Origin: an uncultured Anaerolinea sp.
GTDB lineage: Bacteria > Chloroflexota > Anaerolineae > Anaerolineales > Anaerolineaceae
Assembly: GCA_964567255.1 (NCBI GenBank)
Contig: CAZMMI010000001.1
Coordinates: forward strand, 1,247-65,246
Direction of reading: 5' to 3'
Length of the DNA stretch: 64,000 bases
A program made the position numbers and the translations under genes. Below are positions 53,113 through 61,300 of the stretch, piece after piece (the stretch's first letter is position 1; every line of letters begins with the position of its first letter). Below the pieces are notes generated by a model. That model saw only the letters and a list, made by a program, of their open reading frames with translations. It ran no database searches and was not told where the DNA came from.

Positions 53113-53293
53113 GCTATCGAACTTGTGGGGGCCGGGAGCAGATGCTCGATTGAGCAACCACTCCGGACTGACGACCTTCCACCCTGCGAATGCAGGCAGC
53201 TACTCCCTCACCGGAATAAGGCTAGTATAGGGGGTGAAACGGATTATGTCAAGTGTCACCCCTTCTTTGCGTTACAAGCAAATTCTCTGGCTT

Positions 53294-54538
53294 TTAGACA
53301 CCCTGTCTGTTTTGTGCCAGGGCCCGCCCGAGGGCGGGGAAGGCCGCCATTGCGCTGTAGAACTCGTTTCCGGCTGGAGTGGGAGTCGGGAAAGAGCTGA
53401 ACTTCGCGATCACCATCTGGGCAGCCGGGTCGATGTAGAGCAATTGCCCTCCATAGCCCATGGCCATGTATGCGCTATGCTCGTTGTGGGTCAGCCACCA
53501 TTGATGGTGGTAAGAGTAACCATGGTTCATCGGGCTGGCTGCCGGCCCGCGGGCGAAAGCGACCTTGTCGCCGCCGGCCTGGATGTCCGCAACCACTGCC
53601 GCGGGCAGAACCTGCGTCCCGTTGAAATAGCCTTCCTGAAGCAGCATCTGGCCGAAACGGGCCATGTCGCGCGTGGTGGTGAGCAAGCCGGACCCCGCAG
53701 TCTCGACCCCTGCCGGCCCGACGATCCAGAATGCGTCCCGCTCCGCGCCCAGTTTTGACCAGATCCACTCGCTCACTGCTTTCGCAAGCCCTTTACCGGT
53801 CAGGCGTTTCACAAGCCAGGCCAAAACGTCGGTATTAGGAGTCAGATAGGTGAAACGCTCGCCGTGTTCCCCGGCTTTTTTCATCGTTGGAAGAAAATCA
53901 TAGGCCGTTGCAGGGCCGGTGTAATCCGCCGGGCTATCCAGCCAGCCCATGGCGATGCCGTACTGCCGGTTTTCAGTGACAGCATCGACTCCCTCCTCAG
54001 CGAAGACGACGGCGGTGGTCATATCCATTACCTGGCGGAGGGTAGCGTCGCCAAAACCGCTTGTGCCCAGATCGGGCAGATAGGTTGACACAGGCTGTTC
54101 GGAGTCGAACAACCCATTGTGTGCCAGCAGCGCTGTCAGAGTTCCGGTCAATGATTTGCTTCCCGAAGCCCAGGCGTGCAAGCTGTGTGGCTGCATCCCG
54201 TTCAGATAACGTTCGTAGATGATGGTACCCTGGTGGAGGACAACAATTCCATCGGTGTAACTCATCTCCACCATATCATCAAAGCTGAACTCAGTTCCGG
54301 CGCGGTTTCGGTAGGTCACCCGGCTGAGATCTTGAAGGTTCGATTCGAAAACAGCAGTCGGCCCATCCCCGCGCCAGGTATCGACCGTACGGTTGAGCGC
54401 CAGCTCGTTTTGGAAGCTCCAGCGATTATAGGGCGCATATAGCTGGTTGCTGTGCGTAACAATCTGCTCGGGCGGTGGTGGAAACCCAACCATCAAGCCC
54501 AGTTCAGATGCGGTTTGAGGTATATCCGGTATTGTCAT
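53294..54538 (-). CDS. Serine hydrolase (beta-lactamase/penicillin-binding-protein-related family)
   Basis: 414 aa. An S-x-x-K motif lies in WASGSKSLTG, and the overall class-C-like length fits. Its start overlaps the upstream regulator's stop (54535-54538). Confidence 0.75.
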   Translation of the reverse strand: MTIPDIPQTASELGLMVGFPPPPEQIVTHSNQLYAPYNRWSFQNELALNRTVDTWRGDGPTAVFESNLQDLSRVTYRNRAGTEFSFDDMVEMSYTDGIVVLHQGTIIYERYLNGMQPHSLHAWASGSKSLTGTLTALLAHNGLFDSEQPVSTYLPDLGTSGFGDATLRQVMDMTTAVVFAEEGVDAVTENRQYGIAMGWLDSPADYTGPATAYDFLPTMKKAGEHGERFTYLTPNTDVLAWLVKRLTGKGLAKAVSEWIWSKLGAERDAFWIVGPAGVETAGSGLLTTTRDMARFGQMLLQEGYFNGTQVLPAAVVADIQAGGDKVAFARGPAASPMNHGYSYHHQWWLTHNEHSAYMAMGYGGQLLYIDPAAQMVIAKFSSFPTPTPAGNEFYSAMAAFPALGRALAQNRQGV

Positions 54539-55158
54539 TTCTTCTCCGTGTTCTCATTTTCCGATGCGAGCCAATATTTGCTTCCGCCTGGTTCACGCCG
54601 CAGGAAGCCAAAATCGATCATGTCTCGCCGGAGGCTTACATAATCCTCGGCGTACACCGATTTGAGAACCTCGTTCACCTCGGCTTCACTGTATGTGCGG
54701 CCGGGTTGAAAAAGCGTTTTCAACCAGCGGAGAATGACTTCAGTTTTCTTGCGCTTATTGGGCAAGTGGGTGAGGTGTGGGCCGTTGGTGTAATCACGCA
54801 GGATTTGCTGATCTTCACCGCTCCAACCGAGAGCGGTTATCCAACTGTTGTCTGGAGGTTCGGGCTCGGTCAGCACCACCAACTTCTCGATTTGCCCCGC
54901 CAGCCGTTTGAAGCGCGCCACCCCGCCGGGATTGATCCGGTAATGATGCTGGGTACCATCCATTCGCAAACTCACAAAACCTGCCTCACGTAACCGGGTG
55001 AGATGGTGCGAAACGGTTGGCTCGGTCAGGTTGAGTTGTTGAGCCAACTCGCCGACGGTCGATTCTTTCTCGTTGAGCAGCCGCAGCAGCGTCAGACGGC
55101 TGTCATCCGCTAAGGCCTTCAGGAGAAGGAGAATATCCGTATTATAGAAAGTAGTCAT
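54535..55158 (-). CDS. ArsR/SmtB-family HTH regulator with a C-terminal DUF2087-like domain
   Basis: The HTH is LLKALADDSRLTLLRLLNEKESTVGELAQQLNLTEPTVSHHLTRLREAGFV. The C-terminal segment is GRTYSEAEVNEVLKSVYAEDYVSLRRDMIDFGFLRRE. Confidence 0.8.
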   Translation of the reverse strand: MTTFYNTDILLLLKALADDSRLTLLRLLNEKESTVGELAQQLNLTEPTVSHHLTRLREAGFVSLRMDGTQHHYRINPGGVARFKRLAGQIEKLVVLTEPEPPDNSWITALGWSGEDQQILRDYTNGPHLTHLPNKRKKTEVILRWLKTLFQPGRTYSEAEVNEVLKSVYAEDYVSLRRDMIDFGFLRREPGGSKYWLASENENTEKK

Positions 55159-55177
55159 CTTGCATTTCCTTGATTCG

Positions 55178-55229
55178 TAATTAGATGTACATCTAATTAG
55201 ATTATTGTCTAAATTTTATATTTTGTCAA
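55178..55229 (-). promoter_or_regulatory. Promoter and perfect 22-bp palindromic operator candidate
   Basis: TAATTAGATGTACATCTAATTA (55178-55199) is a perfect palindrome ending 19 nt upstream of the ArsR start codon. On the minus strand, TTGACA (55224-55229), a 17-nt spacer, then AATAAT (55201-55206). Confidence 0.65.
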
Positions 55230-55343
55230 GAGGCTTTTCGGATTGATTTATCGGAATAAATAACGCCAAATCGATCCGATCATTGCGACAGGCAGTTTGG
55301 GATAATCGGATCTATGGCTTGTTCTTGAGACCCCACTTAAAAA

Positions 55344-58300
55344 TTATTTTCCCAAGATGAGGGTCACCCTATGTTCCGACTTGTCATCGACCAAAGGAAT
55401 AGATGGGCTGCTCAAAGACCGACCATCTACTAGGATTTGCTTCACTTGTTGCGGATCGTGCTCAGGATTATCCACCCGAATCAGGTAGGTTGATTCTCCA
55501 AACTGATAACGAATTTCAAATCCATCCCAGTTGGGTGGAATTACCGGATGGATGTTGAGTGTATTGCCAATTTTCCGTAACCCAAGGATAGCTTCCAAAC
55601 CCAGACGGTACATCCAGGCGGCAGAGCCTGTGTACCAGGTCCACCCGCCGCGGCGCACATAAGGTGGGGCACTGTAAACATCTGCGCATATCACATACGG
55701 CTCGACGCGGTAAACGGCAGCCTTTTCAGGAGAGTCGGCGTGATAGATGGGGTTTAGCAAGTTAAACAACGCTCCTGCTTGTGCTCCGTCTCCCAAAGAT
55801 GCCATCGCCCAGGCTGTCCAGGTGGCGGCATGGGTATACTGGCCGCCGTTCTCGCGAGTGCCGGGAAGGTAACCCTTGATATAACCTGGGTCGCGCGGCG
55901 ATTTGTCGAAGGGCGGCGTAAACAGCTTTAACAGCCGATCCTGTGGATTGACCAGACGTGCCAATGCCGACTGCATGGCAATGCGACCACGGTGCTCATC
56001 CCCGGCCCCGCTGAGCACGGCCCAGGATTGTGCAATGGCGTCAATCTGGCATTCGGCATCCTGGGCAGAGCCAAGCGACGCTCCATTGTCATAATAGGCC
56101 CGCCGGTACCAGGCCCCATCCCAGGCGGACTGCTCCACAGAAGCAGCGTATTTTTTGGCGCGGAATAAATACCGTTGCGCGGTTTCGCGATCTCCGGCCT
56201 GTTCACAGATCTGGGCAAAGCGTTTTAGTATGTCACAAATGAACCAGGCCAACCAGACACTCTCGCCTTGCCCGTCTTCGCCGACTCGGTTCAGACCGTC
56301 ATTCCAATCGCCGGTGCCGATCAACGGCAGTCCGTGAGACCCAGTCGTAGAGCCCTTCTCGATTGCACGAAGGCAGTGTTCCATCAGCGAGTGGGTGAGC
56401 TCGGACTGTGGATATTCTCCGTAGCGTTCGATTTCGCCCTGCGAAAGAGGCTGGGCCTGTCGGAAGGCAATTCTCTCGTCCAGAATGCCTGTGTCGCCAG
56501 TTGCTTCAACGTACAACGCGGTGACATAAGGCAGCCAGAGCAGGTCATCTGAGAACCGCGTGCGCACACCGCGCCCGGAAGGCGGATGCCACCAGTGCAT
56601 GACGTCGCCTTCAAGAAACTGGTGGCGGGCGGCATTGATGATCTGACCACGCGTGATGGTGGGGTCTGTGAGCAGCAGAGCCAAAACATCCTGCAACTGG
56701 TCGCGGAAGCCAAACGCGCCACTGGATTGGTAGAAACCGCTTCTGCCCCAGATCCGGCAGGAGAGGGACTGGTAGAGCATCCAGCGGTTCAGAATCAAAT
56801 CGGTGGCTGGTTCGGGGGTATGCACTTGCACGGCGCCAAGTAAATGGTCCCAGAACAGTCGGGTGCGCTCAAATGCCGCGCTAACAAAGGCAGGATTGTG
56901 ATATTTTTCAGCTAACGCCAGGGAGTGTTCTTTATCTTTTCCTTGACCAAGGACAAAATAAACCTCTTCGCTACCGCCGGGGGCAAGATCGAGATGTAAT
57001 TGAAGTACTGCACAAGGGTCTTCACCGGGTGTAATGCGCGTTTCGAGCCCCAGGCGGGATAATGCGATGGGAGACGCCGGCGAGCCGCCACGCCCGAGAA
57101 ATTCGGTGCGGTCGGCGGTCAGACCGTGAATTTCCTTGCTGGCAATCAGGAACGCAGTTCGGTCTCTGAACTCGGCGTTGTAAGGATTGGATGCCAGGAG
57201 ACATTCGAGGTTCGAGTCATATTCTGGGATGATGTAAGCCATGTTTTCGGCATGATTGGTGCCCAAAACCCACTCGACATACTGCGTGGCTGTAATTCTG
57301 CGTGGGCGGGGCAAGGTGTTTTCCACCTTTAGGTGGATGATCTTGACCGGGTCTTCTGGACTGGAAAACAGGGTCAGGCAGTGGCGGAGGCCGTGCGAAT
57401 TGTGTTCAAAGATGGTGTAACCCGCGCCGTGGGTAGTACGGTAGGGTTGGTTTGCGCCAGATGGTAATGGAGTGGGGGTCCAGACTTCCCCGGTTTCCTC
57501 ATCCCTCAGGTAAAGCGCTTCGCCGGTGGGGTCGCTCACCGGGTCATTCGACCAGGGGGTAAGGCGGTTTTCGCCGCTGTTCATGGCCCAGGTACACTGG
57601 CTGCCCGCTTCGCTGACCATGAAGCCGAACTCAGGATAACCGATCACATTTACCCATGGGGCAGGGGTGGATTTTCCGGGTGAAAGCTCTATGATGTATT
57701 CACGCCCGTCGGCGCTAAATCCTCCGAACCCATTGTGGAATTTCAGGCCATCCTTGGTTTCTAATGGGAAGGCATTCGGAGGATTGTCCGCGCCCGGTTT
57801 ATCTTCTGGCGGGCGAGTGGGTGTAAATGCAGGGAGATGGTGCACAGGGATAGAATAGCCCGGCATTTGACTGCCCAAAGCGCCATTCTCACCGCGGAGC
57901 AAGACACGCGATGCCGTTTGAAGCAAAATCCGTTCTTCGGATGTTAACTGGTCTCCGTAAAGAATGAAGATTCCGCCGCGCTGATTCAGCCAACCTTCTC
58001 CATTTAACTTACTAACTAACCGGTAGAGCATCCCATGCAGTTCAGCACCGTAATTGGACTGCTGGCAATTGAGGATTACTACGTCCGCCATAAAGCGGCG
58101 GTCTCGCAAGTATTTGTGGACCTGAAGCACTTCACTCACCAGGTCTGCCTGCTTGAGGTTGTCCAATTCAACGAGGAGAATGGGATAATCGCCGGAAATG
58201 CCAAAACGCCATAACCCGGCTTGTCCAAGCCGGTTGGCGGCGATCGTTTCTGGCGCAGCGCGGACCGCCTTGAATGGATAAACCAGCGCCGAGAGGGTCT

Positions 58301-61300
58301 GCAGCATGTCTTGGAACGTTCGGGTGGTAATTTCTTGCTTGCCCAGCCAGGCCTGGGCGGCTATATCTGCCTGGTGGAAGGAGCGATCGATGAGAATCCA
58401 GCTTGCAAAGCGCCCGGCCAGTGCAAGTATTTCCTCTCGGCTTTCACCCGCAAAGGTCAGGTAAGCCAGGTCTGCGCCTTCGTGGGGGGGCAGTTCAATC
58501 TCTTGCCCCAGAGCGAAAATCGGGTCGAGCGTGGCCGCCGGGGTGCCCGTCAGGTACTGGGTTGAGGATAAGGCACTTGGTTTTCGCAAGGTGTGGTTGC
58601 GGCCAATAAAGCGATTTCGGTCGGCCTCGTGTCTTACGGCCGCCTGGCTACCCTCCACCACAAGCATGTGCCCCACCAGGAAGGATGTTTCTTCATTGGA
58701 CCGCGGGCGGCGGCGGAAAATTTGTAAGTTGAGCTCTGGCACGAACTCGCTTTCTATAAACAGCTTATTGAAAGCCGGGTGGCGAGCATCGGCAGCCTGA
58801 GGGGCCAGAATCACCTCGCCGTAGGAGGTCAGGCGCAGTGTTCGGGGTCTTCCTTTGTTATTGTGCAGGTGCAGCCGGCGGATTTCTACCGGATCGTCGG
58901 GGGCTACCGTTACTTCCATCGTTGAGGTGATGCCGTTTTGCGTACGGCGGTAGACCGCCATATGAGCGAAGAAGGTAGTTTGCATGTTTTCCGGGTTGCC
59001 TGGTATGGGTTGGTGTCCAGCCGACCAAGGGGAGGTGTTGCCTGGCATGTTTTTGTACAATTCCTGGATATATACCCAGGTGCCCCATGAATCCAGGACG
59101 CCGTCGGGCTGCCAGCGGGTCAACGAAATATCGCGCCAGGAACTATACCCACCTCCCATATTGGAAAGCAGTACATTGTAACTGCCGTTGGAAAGCAGAT
59201 TGAGTTGGGGAATGGGAGTCTGCACTGGGACTTTCCAGGGGGTAATTTCCACTGGACCAGATGTCAAACGCCGCACTCCCTTGACATCTTCGGCATAGGG
59301 ATCTTGTAAGGGGACAGCAACGGGGATCTGTTCCTGGAGCAGCAGTTCTACGCTTTGGATGCGAGGATCGCTGTGCATCCGGCGGACCATGATATTCTTG
59401 TGGAAGAAGTTGGCCATTGCCATCATGATCATTCCCTGGTGATGGGCCATATACTCACTGACGACTGCCAGGGGTTGGTCCAGGAGTAGCCGGTCCGACG
59501 TAAAATCAATCGACTCGTAGAAACCGTACAAACCGACCATGTTGTAATCGATCAATTCCGCGAGGTTGCGCAGCACAGCCTGGGGGTTGAAATCGATCGC
59601 GATGAGAGAGGCATAAGGCGCAATGACGAGGTCATCGCCCAATCCGCGTTTGAAGCCTAGACCCGGCACCCCAAAGGCGCGATATTGATAATTTTGATTC
59701 GCATCAAAGCGGTAGAAGCCGGATTCGGAGATTCCCCAAGGAACATTTTTCTCTTTGCCATAAGCGATTTGTTTGAGCACCGCACCCTGGGTGCTGTCGG
59801 CCAGCAAGGTACCAGGATAGGAGCGCAGGAAGAGATGGGGCATCAGGTATTCAAACATGGTGGCGCTCCAGGAGAGCAAAACGTGCGCTCCCTCTACCCG
59901 CGTCAACGGCCGGCCAAGTTGCAGCCAGTGCGATTGGGGCACATCCCCCTTGGCAATGGCGACGAATGAGGCAATTCGGGCCTCAGATGCCAGGAGATCA
60001 TAATAATTATTATCCAGTTGCCCGGCGTCCAGGTTATAACCGATGTGGAACACACGCCGCTGGGGATGATAAAGGAACTGAAAATCCATCTCGTTCACAA
60101 ATTGCTCTGCTCTGGTGGAAATCTGAGAGAATCCAACCAGCAATAGATTCGCATTGATCGAGGCCTGGGTCAAATCCTGAGCGAGTGCATCTAGCCAACG
60201 AATTGCTTCGTGGCCTGGTCCTGATTCTGGCAATGAAAGATCCTGGTGATTTTTCAGAAGTTCGCGCAAAATGTCGATTTGGGTGAGGCTGTCTTTGCTG
60301 TGATCGCGAATCCGATTGAGGCGCGGGTTGTAAGGCAAACTGTCCCGCAATGCTCCGAACTCCTCAACATATAGGTCTTCTAATAACAGCGCAGGGGGGT
60401 GTTCCATCCGTGGAATCCAGAGAATCAGTTCGGAAAGCGTGCGCTGGACAGCCAGGTGTAGACGTTCAACTTGCGCTGCGACCTCTTGCAGCTTGCGCAG
60501 TGTGGCGAGATCGAACGCAGAACTGCCGACTTTGACCAATTCCATCAATCGTCCTGAAAGGTCCTGCCAGAAAGGTCCGCTCACATTCATGAAAACAGCG
60601 TACCATTGGCGGGGTTCATCCCGGACAGCCAGGATTTTGTCGCGTATCGCGGCGATTTCGAGGTTAATCTCTTCAACTTGCTGGGCGAATTCATCCTTTT
60701 TCATGCCGGTCAGCGTCTCGGATAGGTTGGAGAGTGTATCCAAATAACCTTGCCACAAATCCCAACGAAAAACAGGTTCATCCGGCATTGTTTGACAGGC
60801 CTGAGCGGTTATGATGAGGCTGGCGGCAAGGTTACCGCTGTCGACGGTAGATATATAGCGCGGGGTAAGGGGCTCGAGGGACAGCGTGTCATACCAGTTC
60901 AGGAAGTGCCCGCGGAAGCGTTGCAGCTGGCCAAGCGAATCCATGGTGGTAGATAGGCGGGTTACCAGTCCTAACTGATCGAGATAGCCGAAGTCATAGG
61001 CAGCTAATGTAGAGGTTAACAGCAGCCCGATATTTGTGGGCGAAGTTTGGTGGGCAGTCATGCCAACCGGGGACTCTTGAAAATGGTCGGGGGGCAGCCA
61101 ATGATCTTCTGGGCCGACGAAGCGCTCAAAGAAACCCCAGGTGCGCCGGATCACCTGGCGCAAAAGGACCTCTTGCTCTTCACTTAAAGGTACTTTACGA
61201 ACCCGAATTGGTTGACTGATCCATCGCGCCACAAGCGGAGCGATAAGCCAGAGCAACAGAACAGGGGATGATATGATCAGGGCAGGTGCCGGGCCAGATC

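Noticed and set aside
53125-53758. Plus-strand ORFs 53125-53400 and 53234-53758
   Set aside because: The second is largely antisense to the serine hydrolase gene, and the first spans the untranslated region. Both are Arg/Gly/Pro-rich and have no motifs.
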